From an uncultured Dehalococcoidia bacterium (lineage in GTDB: Bacteria; Chloroflexota; Dehalococcoidia; UBA6926): a stretch of DNA of 64,000 nucleotides. Where the stretch lies: positions 31,056-95,055 of the forward strand of contig CAYOPL010000029.1 of assembly GCA_964405845.1 (NCBI GenBank). Direction: 5' to 3'. Of the stretch, positions 16,474 to 28,572 are shown one piece after another. The number at the start of each line of letters is the position of its first letter. Within the stretch, counting starts at the first letter, position 1. The notes beneath the pieces were generated by a model, which worked only from the letters and a program-made list of their open reading frames with translations, was not told where the DNA came from and made no database searches. A program made the position numbers and the translations under genes.

Positions 16474-16526
16474 GTCGATACGGCTCCGTCTTCCTCCGGC
16501 GCGCGAGCGCAGGAGAGTAGAACGGC

Positions 16527-18812
16527 ATGATTCACAAAGTCGAGCGAGAGCTCGCAGGACGCACACTCACCATCGAGACGGGCGAACTCGCCCAACAGGC
16601 AAGCGGAGCGGTTACCGTCCGCTACGGCGACAACATCATCCTTGCCACGGCCGTCATGGTGCCCAACGCCCGTGAGGGCATCGATTTCCTTCCACTGACC
16701 GTGGACATGGAGGAGCGCCATTACGCCATCGGCAAGATTCCCGGCAGCTTCTTCCGACGGGAGGGCAGGCCGGGGTCTGAGGCCATCCTGGCCGGACGCA
16801 TCACGGACCGCACCATCCGCCCGCTTTTCCCGAAGGGACTGCGGAACGAGGTTCAAATCATCCTCACCGTGCTCTCGTCGGATCGCGAGTATCCCCTCGA
16901 TACGCTCGGTGTGATCGGCGCATCTGCGGCGCTGACGATTTCACACGCGCCATTTGAAGGTCCCGTCAGCGGCTGCCACGTTGGCTACATCAATGGCGAG
17001 ATTGTTATCAATCCAACGTATGCAGATGGTGACACCAGTGATCTGGATTTGGTCGTTGCCGGTTCTCAGAACGCCATTGTGATGGTTGAGGCGGGCGCGA
17101 ACGAGGTTGATGAGTCCGTCCTGCGGCAGGCGCTGCAAGCAGGGCAGGAAGCCAACCGCATCGTCATCGAGATGCAGAATGAGCTGCAGGCCCTGTGCGG
17201 CAAGGAAAAGGCCGTCATTGAGGCTCCCGAAGAGAACACCGCGCTCCGCGAGGCGATTGATTCACTGGTTGGTGAGCGGTTACTTGAGGCCGCCGCCGGT
17301 CTCGGTCGGCATGAGCGAAATGAGACGACGGCAGCGCTGCTTAGTGAGGTTCTTGAGAATCTCTCAACCGACCATGAGACGGCGGAGATTGAGCACGTCT
17401 TTGAAGAAGCTTTCACGGACGCTGTCCGCTCCAGCATTTTGAACGGAACACGCCCGGACGGTCGGACGCATACGCAGATTCGACCGCTGACCAGCCGCGT
17501 GGGTGTGCTGCCGCGCGCACACGGTTCCGCGCTGTTCCAGCGGGGCGAGACGCAGGTGCTGAACGTCACAACGCTCGGCCCGCTTGCGGACGCGCAGAAA
17601 ATCGACTCGCTCACGCCTGTCGATACCAAGCGCTATCTGCACCACTACAACTTCCCGCCATATTCGGTGGGAGAGGCCCGACGCGTGGGCACGCCCGGCC
17701 GTCGCGAGATTGGCCACGGCGCGCTTGCGGAGCGGGCGCTGCTGCCGGTCATCCCCGGCGAGATGGAGTTCCCGTATACGCTGCGGCTTGTTTCCGACGT
17801 GCTCGGCTCAAACGGCAGCACCTCGATGGCGAGCGTCTGCTCCAGCACCCTTTCGCTGATGGACGCCGGAGTGCCGATTAAGGCGCCGGTGGCGGGCATC
17901 GCGATGGGTCTCGTGACGGACAAGACCGGCGCGTATGCCGTTCTGACCGATATACAGGGCCTTGAGGACCACCTTGGCGACATGGACTTCAAGGTGGCGG
18001 GCACCGCGGAGGGCGTGACCGCCCTGCAGATGGACATCAAGCTAACCGGCATCACGGATGAGATTATGGAGCGCGCGCTCGCGCAGGCGAAGGACGCCCG
18101 TCTTGAGCTGCTTGCCCATATGAGCGAGACGATTGCCGAGACGCGACAGGAGATGAGCCCGTTCGCGCCGCGAATGACGCGCATCCAGATCAATCCTGAG
18201 CGCATCGGCCAACTCATCGGCCCGGGTGGCAAGACCATCCGCAGCATCGTTGAGGAAACCGGCGCGACCGTGGACGTGGAGAACGACGGCACGGTGTTCG
18301 TCGGAGCGTCCGACGGTGACATTGCGAATCGAGCTATCGGCATGATTGAGCGCCTGACCAAGGACATTGAGGTTGGCGAGCAATTCAAGGGCAAGGTTGT
18401 CCGGACGACCGACTTCGGCGCGTTCGTTGAACTCGCCCCGGGGCGTGACGGCATGGTGCATATCTCTGAGCTGGCGCACTACCGTGTGGGCAGCGTCGAG
18501 GACGTTATCAAGGTTGGCGATGAGGTTGAGGTGCTGGTGACGGACATCGACCCCACCGGCCGGATTCGCCTGTCCCGCCGCGCGCTGATTGAGCCGGACG
18601 CGGAGACGCCGCCGGAAGGCGCGGAAGTGAATACCGGCGCGCCATTCGACCAGCGGCAGGGACGTAATGATGGCGGTGGTCGCAGGTTTGGCGACCGTGA
18701 CCGCGGCCCGCGACCCGGTGGCAATGGCCGACCGCCACGGCGCAGGCCGGACGGCGACCGTGACCGCCCGCGCCGTCCTGAGGGTGACCGCGAGCCTCGC
18801 CGCCGCATGTAG
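16527..18812 (+). CDS. pnp: Polyribonucleotide nucleotidyltransferase (PNPase) with Arg-rich C-terminal tail
   Basis: 761 aa with two RNase PH domains, KH (IGPGGKTIRSI) and S1 (GKVVRTTDFGAFVEL), in the conserved rpsO-pnp order. About 70 extra C-terminal residues are rich in R/G/D/P. Confidence 0.97.
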   Translation: MIHKVERELAGRTLTIETGELAQQASGAVTVRYGDNIILATAVMVPNAREGIDFLPLTVDMEERHYAIGKIPGSFFRREGRPGSEAILAGRITDRTIRPLFPKGLRNEVQIILTVLSSDREYPLDTLGVIGASAALTISHAPFEGPVSGCHVGYINGEIVINPTYADGDTSDLDLVVAGSQNAIVMVEAGANEVDESVLRQALQAGQEANRIVIEMQNELQALCGKEKAVIEAPEENTALREAIDSLVGERLLEAAAGLGRHERNETTAALLSEVLENLSTDHETAEIEHVFEEAFTDAVRSSILNGTRPDGRTHTQIRPLTSRVGVLPRAHGSALFQRGETQVLNVTTLGPLADAQKIDSLTPVDTKRYLHHYNFPPYSVGEARRVGTPGRREIGHGALAERALLPVIPGEMEFPYTLRLVSDVLGSNGSTSMASVCSSTLSLMDAGVPIKAPVAGIAMGLVTDKTGAYAVLTDIQGLEDHLGDMDFKVAGTAEGVTALQMDIKLTGITDEIMERALAQAKDARLELLAHMSETIAETRQEMSPFAPRMTRIQINPERIGQLIGPGGKTIRSIVEETGATVDVENDGTVFVGASDGDIANRAIGMIERLTKDIEVGEQFKGKVVRTTDFGAFVELAPGRDGMVHISELAHYRVGSVEDVIKVGDEVEVLVTDIDPTGRIRLSRRALIEPDAETPPEGAEVNTGAPFDQRQGRNDGGGRRFGDRDRGPRPGGNGRPPRRRPDGDRDRPRRPEGDREPRRRM

Positions 18813-18818
18813 TCAGCC

Positions 18819-19637
18819 ATGGCAGCGCGACCCGGCATAACCGTCGCCGTTCATGGCGCTACCGGCCGCATGGGGCGCGTGCTGCTGAACGCTATCGAGC
18901 GGGCTCATGACCTGCGGCTCGTTGGGACGGCCAGCCGTTCCACTGCAATCGCGCTGAACGAAGCGGGCGAGAACGCCCGACTGCATGACACTGTTGAGTC
19001 GTTGCTTTCCGCGGAGCGTCCGGATGTCGTTGTGGATTTTTCGACACGTGACGCCGTGCTGCCGCTCGCGAGGGCTGCCGCCCAGAGCGGAGTGGACTTC
19101 GTTACCGGCACAAGCGGACTCTCGCCGGAGACACTCCATGAGCTGCGCGACATTGCCGCCGAGCACAGCATCGGCGTGATGGTCGGCCCCAACTTCAGCC
19201 TCGGAGCGGTGGTTTTGGAGCGTGTGGCGCGTGAGGCGGGCAAGCATTTCGACCACGCGGAGATTATCGAGATGCACCACGCGGGCAAGGCGGACGCGCC
19301 GTCCGGCTCAGCAATGGCCACCGCGCGTACGATGGTAGAGGCGCGAGACGGCAAGGCATTCACGAATGCGGAATCGAGAGTGGTGAACGTGGATGACGTT
19401 CGCGGCGGAGACATCGACGGTGTCGCCATTCACTCCGTGCGTATGCCGGGACTGATGGCGCATCAGCAGGTTCTTCTCGGCGGGCCGGGCGAGACGCTGA
19501 CGCTTCGCCATGATGTAATAGATAGAGAAAGCTATATGCCGGGCGTCCTGCTCGCGATTCGCGAGGTGGGCAACCGGCACGGACAACTAACGTACGGCCT
19601 CGGCGCGTTGCTGTGGCCGGAGCAGGAAGGGGAATGA
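18819..19637 (+). CDS. dapB: 4-hydroxy-tetrahydrodipicolinate reductase
   Basis: 272 aa. Motifs: VAVHGATGRMGR, EIIEMHHAGKADAPSGSA (DapB signature E-x-HH-x-K-x-DAPSGTA). Confidence 0.9.
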   Translation: MAARPGITVAVHGATGRMGRVLLNAIERAHDLRLVGTASRSTAIALNEAGENARLHDTVESLLSAERPDVVVDFSTRDAVLPLARAAAQSGVDFVTGTSGLSPETLHELRDIAAEHSIGVMVGPNFSLGAVVLERVAREAGKHFDHAEIIEMHHAGKADAPSGSAMATARTMVEARDGKAFTNAESRVVNVDDVRGGDIDGVAIHSVRMPGLMAHQQVLLGGPGETLTLRHDVIDRESYMPGVLLAIREVGNRHGQLTYGLGALLWPEQEGE

Positions 19638-20671
19638 TGGCTAGCAGTGATCGACCCCGCGTCGCGATTGTCGGCGCAACCGGGCTTGTGGGTGAGACGT
19701 TCATCAACGTGCTGGAGGAGCGCGACTTTCCCATGGCATCCCTGACGCTCATGGCGTCCGCGCGTTCCGCGGGCAAGCGTCTTAAGGCCATGGGCGACGA
19801 GCACGAGGTCATCGAGGCGACGCCGGATTCCTTTGAGGATATTGATATCGCGCTGTTCTCTGCGGGTGGCGGTACCAGCAAGCAGCTTGCGCCGGAGGCG
19901 GCGAAGCGCGGCGCGGTTGTCGTGGACAATTCGTCCGCGTGGCGCATGGAGACCGATGTGCCGCTCGTTGTGCCGGAAGTCAATCCGGACGACGCCCTGA
20001 ATCACAACGGCATCATCGCCAATCCCAACTGCTCGACCATCCAGATGGTGGTGGCGTTGTGGCCGTTGCACCGCGAGAACCCAATCAAGCGGATCATCGT
20101 GGACACGTATCAGTCGGCGTCCGGCGCGGGACGGCTAGCGCTTGAGGAGATGCTTGAGCAGTCGCGTGGCGTTCTGAGCGGCGAGGAGGCGCAGCCGAGC
20201 GCGTTCCCGCATCGCATCGCCTTCAACGCCATTCCGCAGATCGACGTCTTTGAAGAGGACGACTACACCAAGGAAGAGATCAAGATGGTGCGGGAGACGC
20301 AGAAGATCATGCACGCGCCGGAGATTGCCGTCTCCGCCACCTGCGTGCGGATCCCTGCCGCGTTCGCCCACTCCGAGGCCGTCCACGTGGAGTTCACCAA
20401 TCCCATCACGCCGGACGAGGCGCGAGATATTCTTGGCGCCGCGCCGGGCATCATCGTGACCGATGATCCCGCGAGCAGCGCGTACCCCATGGCCATCGAC
20501 GCTCAGGGCAGGGACGAGGTGTTCGTGGGACGCATCCGCCGTGACACGGCGTTGGACAACGGTATCTCCATGTGGGTGGTTTCCGACAACATCCGCAAGG
20601 GCGCTGCGACAAACACTATTCAGATCGCCGAGCTCCTGGCCGCCGGCGCTCCTGCTGCCGCCGCGAGGTGA
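19634..20671 (+). CDS. asd: Aspartate-semialdehyde dehydrogenase
   Basis: ORF 19613..20671. Preferred ATG 19634 overlaps the dapB stop (ATGA). Motifs: VAIVGATGLVGE, active-site NPNCSTI, RIPAAFAHSEAV. Confidence 0.93.
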   Translation: MMASSDRPRVAIVGATGLVGETFINVLEERDFPMASLTLMASARSAGKRLKAMGDEHEVIEATPDSFEDIDIALFSAGGGTSKQLAPEAAKRGAVVVDNSSAWRMETDVPLVVPEVNPDDALNHNGIIANPNCSTIQMVVALWPLHRENPIKRIIVDTYQSASGAGRLALEEMLEQSRGVLSGEEAQPSAFPHRIAFNAIPQIDVFEEDDYTKEEIKMVRETQKIMHAPEIAVSATCVRIPAAFAHSEAVHVEFTNPITPDEARDILGAAPGIIVTDDPASSAYPMAIDAQGRDEVFVGRIRRDTALDNGISMWVVSDNIRKGAATNTIQIAELLAAGAPAAAAR

Positions 20672-20675
20672 CGCG

Positions 20676-21467
20676 ATGCAGACGCATGAGGCCCCGTCTA
20701 TCGAGGAACGCGCCGCCGCCATTGGCGACAACATTGCGCGCCTAAAAGGCCGGATGGCTGAAATCGCAACTGAGGCCGGACGCGATCCGCAGTCCGTCAA
20801 GCTGCACGGCGCGACGAAGGGCGTTGAGCCGGAGCGCATGATCGCGGCGATTGGGCACGGCCTGACCCATTTCGGCGAGAACTGGGTGCAGGAGGCTGCC
20901 CCCAAGATTGCCGAGGCAAACGCCCTGATAGCACAGCGTGGCATTGCCGCGCCGACATGGCACATGATCGGCCACCTCCAACGCAACAAGACCCGGCAGG
21001 CGCTGCAGGTGTTCCAGGCAATTGACACTGTCGACTCGCTGCGCCTCGCCGAGACCATCAGTCAACGCGCGGAGCAGATGAGTATTGGCGTCGTCGATGC
21101 GCTTATTGAAATTGACTTCACCGCCAACCCGGATCGCGGCGGATTCAAGTTGGGACTCACGGCGGATGATCAGGGGGTGGCCGGTTTCATGGAGGACGCG
21201 CGGCGCATCATCGAACTGCCAAATCTGACCGTGATCGGCCTGATGACCGTGGGTCCGATGGCTGAGGACGCGGAGGCGTCCCGCCCGGGTTTCCGCCGCC
21301 TGCGTGAACTCCGTGACGCCCTCAATGATTCGGTTGCGTCCGCGTCGTTGACGGAACTCTCCATGGGCATGACTAACGATTTCCACGTGGCCATCCAGGA
21401 AGGCGCGACGGTGGTGCGGCTTGGAACCGCCATCTTTGGTCCGCGTCCGGCGGGCCGCACCTACTAG
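20676..21467 (+). CDS. YggS-family pyridoxal-phosphate homeostasis protein
   Basis: ORF 20463..21467. The real start is ATG 20676, 5 nt after the asd stop. Motifs: LHGATKGV (PLP Lys), HFGENWVQE, WHMIGHLQRNK, LSMGMTNDF. Confidence 0.85.
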   Translation: MQTHEAPSIEERAAAIGDNIARLKGRMAEIATEAGRDPQSVKLHGATKGVEPERMIAAIGHGLTHFGENWVQEAAPKIAEANALIAQRGIAAPTWHMIGHLQRNKTRQALQVFQAIDTVDSLRLAETISQRAEQMSIGVVDALIEIDFTANPDRGGFKLGLTADDQGVAGFMEDARRIIELPNLTVIGLMTVGPMAEDAEASRPGFRRLRELRDALNDSVASASLTELSMGMTNDFHVAIQEGATVVRLGTAIFGPRPAGRTY

Positions 21468-21535
21468 CTCGAAACGTACTACAATTCACGCATCGACCCG
21501 GGGAGACGGCAGCCCGACGCGAGGGGGAGGGGACG

Positions 21536-22444
21536 ATGAGAGACCGCAATTCTGCGCCCTTTGGACGGGTGCTGACGGCGATGGTGACGCCGTTCGACAG
21601 CGACGGAAACGTCGACTACGAACAGGCGGCAAAGCTGGCGCAGGCTCTCATTGACTCCGGCACGGAGGGACTCGTTGTCACCGGCACGACGGGTGAAGGG
21701 CCGACGCTGACGGCGGAAGAGAAACTCCGCATGTACGAGACCACGCTTGAGGTGGCCAATCGCAACGGCGCGCATGTCATCGCAGGCACGACAACCTACA
21801 ACACCGCAGAGAGCATCGAGCTTTCGCAAGAGGCGGAGAAACTCGGCGCGCACGGCATCCTGATGACCGTGCCGTATTACAACAAGCCGCCGCAGGACTC
21901 CCTGTACCGGCATTTCGTCGCCATCGCGGAGTCCGTTAGCATTCCCGGCATTTTGTATAACGTGCCCAGCCGCACATCACTCAACATGACCGCCGCCACG
22001 ACGGCCCGACTCAGCCACGTGGACAACATCGCCGGCGTCAAAGAGGCGAGCGCAGATATCGGGCAGATTGCCCGCATTATCGAGACTGCAGACGACGGTT
22101 TCACCGTGTGGTCCGGCAATGACGCGGACACCTTGCCCGTGCTGGCAGTCGGCGGCTACGGCGTGGTGAGCGTGGCGGCGCACGTGGTGGGCAAGCAGAT
22201 TGCGAGAAAGATATACGCGTTCCTTGACGGCGCGCGCGAGGAATCGGCGACCATCCACCGCGGTTTGCTGCCGCTCATCGACGCGCTGTTCGTGGTGGCC
22301 AACCCCATTCCCGTCAAACACATGCTGAACACGATTGGGATGGACGTAGGCACTCCGCGCCTGCCGCTAACAGAGGCGGATGACGCCACCCGCGCCTACA
22401 TCGAGGACACTCTTTCGCAGTACGACGTTGATTTGCCCGTATAG
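21536..22444 (+). CDS. dapA: 4-hydroxy-tetrahydrodipicolinate synthase
   Basis: 302 aa. Motifs: AMVTPF, GTTGEGPTLT, YYNKP, GVKEAS (Schiff-base Lys). Confidence 0.92.
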   Translation: MRDRNSAPFGRVLTAMVTPFDSDGNVDYEQAAKLAQALIDSGTEGLVVTGTTGEGPTLTAEEKLRMYETTLEVANRNGAHVIAGTTTYNTAESIELSQEAEKLGAHGILMTVPYYNKPPQDSLYRHFVAIAESVSIPGILYNVPSRTSLNMTAATTARLSHVDNIAGVKEASADIGQIARIIETADDGFTVWSGNDADTLPVLAVGGYGVVSVAAHVVGKQIARKIYAFLDGAREESATIHRGLLPLIDALFVVANPIPVKHMLNTIGMDVGTPRLPLTEADDATRAYIEDTLSQYDVDLPV

Positions 22445-22453
22445 GGCGCCGGC

Positions 22454-23812
<1,359 letters not shown>

Positions 23813-23898
23813 TCAGGAAAGCGCATGCCCACGTGATGGGCGGGCTTAAGGTGACGGCGGCTCCGATGCTATACTGAGGCAGAATCGGCGCCGACGGA

Positions 23899-24870
23899 TT
23901 GGGTAGGCAAGGGGGCGGGGTGTACCAGAATTCTGACTTGCGGATTTTTTCCGGTAATGCCCACCAAGCCCTTGCAACTGATGTTTGCCAATACCTAGAT
24001 ATTGAACCCGGCGAGGTTGAGGTCTTTCAGTTCTCCAACGAGAACATCTTTGTACGGTTCCAGGAGAATATCCGGGGCCGCGACGTTTTTCTGGTCCAGC
24101 CGTTTTCGAGCCCTGTGAATCAGAACATCATGGAGCTCCTGATTATGATTGACGCGGCCAAGCGGGCCTCTGCGGGCCGCGTTACGGCTGTCGTCCCTTA
24201 TTACGCTTATGGCCGCACAGACAAGAAGGACCAGCCGCGCGTCCCCATTACGGGACGGCTCATCGCAGACCTCATACAGGTGGCGGGGGCGGAACGAGTT
24301 CTTACCGTTGACCTGCACGCCGGACAGATTCAGGGGTTCTTCAACATTCCTGTGGATGAGCTGACCGCCTTGCCGTTGATCGCCGACTATTTCCTTGATA
24401 CGGAATCCGCCGGCGTCGTTGTCGCTCCGGACGTGGGCAGCACGAAGCGCGCGCGTGACGTGGCGGAACGTTGGGGGGAGCCGCTGGCCATCATCGAAAA
24501 GCGCCGACTTGGCAACAGCGACCGCACGGAAAGCGTCACGGTGATTGGCGATGTGAAAGGCCGCAAAGCGATCATCGTTGATGACGAGGTCAACACCGGC
24601 AGTTCGCTCGTGGCGGCGGCGGAAGCCGTTTTGGAGCATGGCGCGACAAGCGTGTCCGCCGCCGTGACGCACCCCGTCCTGTCCGAGCCGGGAAGCGGCA
24701 GTCTGCGGAACAGCGTTATTGATCAGCTTGTCGTGTCGGACACGCTGCCCATCGACAACAAGAACACGGACGGCATGAACATCAGGGTGGTGTCCGTCGC
24801 GCCGCTGTTGGGCGAGGCCATCAAGCGAATTCACTACAACCGCTCAGTCGGAGAGATGTTCCAGCAATAG
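23899..24870 (+). CDS. prs: Ribose-phosphate pyrophosphokinase
   Basis: 323 aa. Motifs: RIFSGNAHQALA, YYAYGRTDKK, VDLHAGQIQGFF, IIVDDEVNTGSS. The start may be the internal GTG at 23920. Confidence 0.93.
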   Translation: MGRQGGGVYQNSDLRIFSGNAHQALATDVCQYLDIEPGEVEVFQFSNENIFVRFQENIRGRDVFLVQPFSSPVNQNIMELLIMIDAAKRASAGRVTAVVPYYAYGRTDKKDQPRVPITGRLIADLIQVAGAERVLTVDLHAGQIQGFFNIPVDELTALPLIADYFLDTESAGVVVAPDVGSTKRARDVAERWGEPLAIIEKRRLGNSDRTESVTVIGDVKGRKAIIVDDEVNTGSSLVAAAEAVLEHGATSVSAAVTHPVLSEPGSGSLRNSVIDQLVVSDTLPIDNKNTDGMNIRVVSVAPLLGEAIKRIHYNRSVGEMFQQ

Positions 24871-24933
24871 CGGCGTGGCGTGCGCCGCGACTCTCGTCCC
24901 GGCGCAATGCCGCGGGGCAGGGAGGCGGCACGG

Positions 24934-25848
24934 GTGTTAGCCGAGGGCAAATCGTTCATCACCCTGCAGGGCATGTCCGCCGAGGCCCTGTTGCTAGTTG
25001 TCAAAGAACTCTCAGAGCGGCCACTACCGGATGGGACTGCGCCTCCAACGCGAGACGGTCGCGCCGTCGCCACCGCATTCTATGAGGCGAGCACGCGCAC
25101 ACGTTTGGGTTTCCAGTTCGCCGCTCGTGTGTTGGGGCTGGATGTTATCCCCCTTGATGTCAGCGCAAGCTCGGTCAGCAAGGGCGAGAGCCTGACAGAT
25201 ACGATTCGCGTGCTGGCCGACTATGGCATCGCGGCCCTGATTCTCCGCCATCCGGATACGGAATCCATGACCGTGGCGACGGCGGCAAGCGCCTGCCCGG
25301 TCATCAACGCGGGCAATGGGGCGGGGGAGCATCCCGTCCAAACGCTCATCGACCTCGCCATGATCTACCAAAAGTTTGGGAGGCTGACCAATCTAAACGT
25401 CACCATCACGGGGGATGCGCTGCACGGGCGCACCATCCACAGCCTGATCATGGCTCTTGCTCTGTTCGACAATCACATCACGGTTGTCACGGACCCGGGT
25501 CTGCGCCTGTCGTCAGGGCTTGATTCATCATCCGTCAGAATGAGCGCTTCGAACCTGAAAGAGACCGAGTTTCTGAATAGCGGTATCCTTAAAGAAACCG
25601 ACGTTTTGTATATGACGCGGGTACAGGCGGAGCGCGGCTCCGCAAACAGGCCAATCATCATGACAGAACAGGCACAGCAAGAATTGAATAAGGACGCCAT
25701 CGTGCTGCATCCCATGCCGCGCACGGTGGAGTTGCCGGAGTGGTTTGACGCGGACCCCCGCGCCGCCTATCTCCATCGCAACAGCGTTGGGCTCGGCGTG
25801 ATGACGTACGTCCTGCAAACAGTGATTGGTGGAGGGCGCGCGTCGTGA
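24934..25848 (+). CDS. pyrB: Aspartate carbamoyltransferase catalytic subunit
   Basis: ORF 24880..25848. Preferred GTG 24934 with AGGGAGG 9 nt upstream. Motifs: [41 protein letters not shown] (ATCase-type rather than OTCase-type). Confidence 0.85.
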   Translation: MLAEGKSFITLQGMSAEALLLVVKELSERPLPDGTAPPTRDGRAVATAFYEASTRTRLGFQFAARVLGLDVIPLDVSASSVSKGESLTDTIRVLADYGIAALILRHPDTESMTVATAASACPVINAGNGAGEHPVQTLIDLAMIYQKFGRLTNLNVTITGDALHGRTIHSLIMALALFDNHITVVTDPGLRLSSGLDSSSVRMSASNLKETEFLNSGILKETDVLYMTRVQAERGSANRPIIMTEQAQQELNKDAIVLHPMPRTVELPEWFDADPRAAYLHRNSVGLGVMTYVLQTVIGGGRAS

Positions 25849-28526
25849 TCGGCAAGCTCCGCAAGATTCTGGGTGACGGCAGCGAACGCGCCGTCAAGCG
25901 CATGCAGCCCGCCGTGGATGAGGTCAACGCGCTTGAGGGCCGCTTTGCGCGTCTGAGTGATGATGAGCTTCGAGGAATGACCGCCCAATTCCGAGAACGT
26001 CTTGAGGGCAAGGAAACCCTGGACGACTTGGCGCCTGAGGCGTTCGCCGTTGTGCGCGAGATGTCAAAGCGCGTGCTTGGGATGCGGCATTTTGACGTGC
26101 AGATCATCGGCGGCATCACGCTGCACCAGGGGCGCATCGCGGAGATGCGGACGGGTGAGGGAAAGACGCTTGTTGCGACGCTGCCGGTTTATCTGAACGC
26201 GCTGACGGGCAGGGGCGTACACGTCATCACAGTGAACGACTATTTGGCCCGGCGCGACGCCTCGTGGATGGGCGCGGTCTATCACGCGCTCGGCATAACC
26301 GTCTCCTGCCTCCAGCACGACGAGTCCCTGCTGTATGACCCTGACAACGCGGAGTCGGATGACGTCATGCGCCCCGTCCATCGACGGGAGGCGTATGCGG
26401 CGGATATCACATACGGCACGAATTCTGAGTTCGGCTTTGATTACCTCCGGGACAATCTTGCCCTGACGGCAGAGCAACGCGTCCAGCGCGAGCTTGTTTA
26501 CGCCATCGTTGACGAAGTCGACTACATCCTCATCGATGAAGCTCGGACGCCGCTGATCATTAGCGGCCCTGGGCAGACCCCGACGCAGAGCTACGGTCAG
26601 TTTGCGCAGCTGGCGCGCCGCCTCACGGAGGAGGCTGATTTCGCCATCGATCCCAAGACCCGCGCGGTGTCCCTGACGGAGGACGGGATCACGAAAGTTG
26701 AGCGTTCACTAAACATCGACAATCTCTACGCGCCGGAGCACTACACGGCAGTTCATTTCCTCGAGAACGCGCTCAAGGCGGAGTTCGTCTACCAGCGCGA
26801 TAAGGAATATGTCGTTGATGGAGACAACCAGGTTGTCATCGTGGACGAGTTCACGGGCCGCCTGATGCCGGGGCGACGCTATTCCGAGGGTCTCCACCAA
26901 GCCATCGAGGCGAAGGAGAATGTCGCGATACGGCGGGAGTCCATGACCCTCGCCACCATCACGCTCCAGAACTATTTCCGCATGTACGAGCGGCTCGCGG
27001 GCATGACCGGCACGGCATCCACCGAGGCCGAAGAGTTCCTCAAGATCTACAACCTGGATCCGTTGCCCATCCCCACAAATATGCCCTCCGTCCGCGAGGA
27101 TCATCCCGATCTCATCTATCTGAACGAGGACGGCAAGTTCAAGGCCATTGTCCGCACGCTCAGGGAGCTGCACGATGAGGGCAGGCCCGTGCTTGTGGGC
27201 ACGGCCTCCATCGACACGTCGGAACGGCTCAGCGCCCTCCTCCGCAGCGAGGGGCTGGAGCACGAAGTTCTGAATGCCAAGCAGCATGACCGCGAGGCGC
27301 AGATTGTGGCGCAGGCCGGGCGGCTTGGCGCGATAACGGTGTCCACCAACATGGCGGGTCGCGGCACGGACATCATTCTTGGCGGCAATCCAGAGGGTCG
27401 TGACGCGGACGATTGGCAGCGAGAGCATGACGAGGTGCTTGACCTGGGCGGCCTGTTCATTCTCGGCACCGAACGACACGAAGCCCGCCGCATTGATAAC
27501 CAGCTCCGTGGCCGCGCGGGGCGGCAGGGCGACCCCGGCGCATCGCAATTCTATGTCTCGCTTGAGGATGAGATCATCAAGCGGTTCGGCGGCGACCGGG
27601 TCAAGTCGATCATGTCGTGGTCCGGACTCAAGGACGACGATGCCGTCGAGAACCGCATGGTCTCGCGCGCCTTTGAGAACGCGCAGGTTCGTGTTGAGGG
27701 CAACAACTTTGAAGTCCGCAAGCACCTCGTGGAATACGACGACGTCATCAACCGGCAGCGCTCCATCGTCTATTCGGAGCGCGCCAAGGTCCTGCAGTCG
27801 GAGGACCTGCGTGAAAACATCCGGCAGATGGTTGCCGACGAGTGCGCGTCCATCGTTGACGCGCATCTGGGAGACCGCGACCCCGCCAACTGGGACATCG
27901 AGGGATTTGTGGCAGCCGTACGCGCCGCCTTCCCCGCCCCGGACTGGCTTGAGGCAGGGCAGGTGCTTGACCTCACGCGAACGGAGATTACGGACGAGTT
28001 GGTCGAGTACGCGTTGGCCGTCTACGACGAGATCGAGGAAGAGCTTGGCGCGGAGCGGCTGCGAGAACTGGAAAGCCTTGTCCTGCTGCAGACGCTTGAC
28101 AACCTCTGGGTTCAGCACCTGACCGCGATGGAGCAGATGCGCATGAGCGCCGGCCTGCAGGCGTACGGGCAGCGCAACCCGCTGGTTATGTACCGGCAGG
28201 AAAGCCACGGCATGTTCCAGGAGCTGATGGACCGTCTGCGCAACGGCATCGTCCGCACCGTGCTCCACCTTGATGTAACAGCCCAGCCCACTCGGCGCGT
28301 CGCGGCGGCAGCCAATGGCGTTGCGCCAAACGGCGCGGTGGCAAGCCGCGGCGAGATGGCTGAAAGCCCAATGGCATCCCAGCAGCGAGATGCGAGCGGG
28401 CAGGCCCCGGATGCACAAGCGGCGCGCGGCCCCGTTCGCCGCACCACTGCCAAGATCGGCCGTAACGATCCTTGCTACTGCGGCAGCGGCCTCAAATACA
28501 AGAGGTGCCACGGAGTAGCTGCGTGA
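25845..28526 (+). CDS. secA: Preprotein translocase ATPase SecA
   Basis: 893 aa. Motifs: [38 protein letters not shown]-terminal zinc motif [14 protein letters not shown]. The GTG start overlaps the pyrB stop (GTGA). Confidence 0.97.
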   Translation: MIGKLRKILGDGSERAVKRMQPAVDEVNALEGRFARLSDDELRGMTAQFRERLEGKETLDDLAPEAFAVVREMSKRVLGMRHFDVQIIGGITLHQGRIAEMRTGEGKTLVATLPVYLNALTGRGVHVITVNDYLARRDASWMGAVYHALGITVSCLQHDESLLYDPDNAESDDVMRPVHRREAYAADITYGTNSEFGFDYLRDNLALTAEQRVQRELVYAIVDEVDYILIDEARTPLIISGPGQTPTQSYGQFAQLARRLTEEADFAIDPKTRAVSLTEDGITKVERSLNIDNLYAPEHYTAVHFLENALKAEFVYQRDKEYVVDGDNQVVIVDEFTGRLMPGRRYSEGLHQAIEAKENVAIRRESMTLATITLQNYFRMYERLAGMTGTASTEAEEFLKIYNLDPLPIPTNMPSVREDHPDLIYLNEDGKFKAIVRTLRELHDEGRPVLVGTASIDTSERLSALLRSEGLEHEVLNAKQHDREAQIVAQAGRLGAITVSTNMAGRGTDIILGGNPEGRDADDWQREHDEVLDLGGLFILGTERHEARRIDNQLRGRAGRQGDPGASQFYVSLEDEIIKRFGGDRVKSIMSWSGLKDDDAVENRMVSRAFENAQVRVEGNNFEVRKHLVEYDDVINRQRSIVYSERAKVLQSEDLRENIRQMVADECASIVDAHLGDRDPANWDIEGFVAAVRAAFPAPDWLEAGQVLDLTRTEITDELVEYALAVYDEIEEELGAERLRELESLVLLQTLDNLWVQHLTAMEQMRMSAGLQAYGQRNPLVMYRQESHGMFQELMDRLRNGIVRTVLHLDVTAQPTRRVAAAANGVAPNGAVASRGEMAESPMASQQRDASGQAPDAQAARGPVRRTTAKIGRNDPCYCGSGLKYKRCHGVAA

Positions 28527-28572
28527 TGCGCTGCTTACCGAAAGGGCCGACCATTCGGCCGGCTCAGTCGCC

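Noticed and set aside
21468-21535. Possible lysine (L-box) riboswitch upstream of dapA or asd.
   Set aside because: The gap is only 68 nt (and 0-5 nt before asd and yggS), far shorter than an L-box aptamer. No conserved L-box segments were seen.
24934-25848. Alternative reading of the carbamoyltransferase as ornithine carbamoyltransferase.
   Set aside because: It has the ATCase-type motifs MTRVQAERG and HPMPR and lacks the OTCase-type HCLP/SMG motifs. Its length of about 300 aa also fits ATCase.
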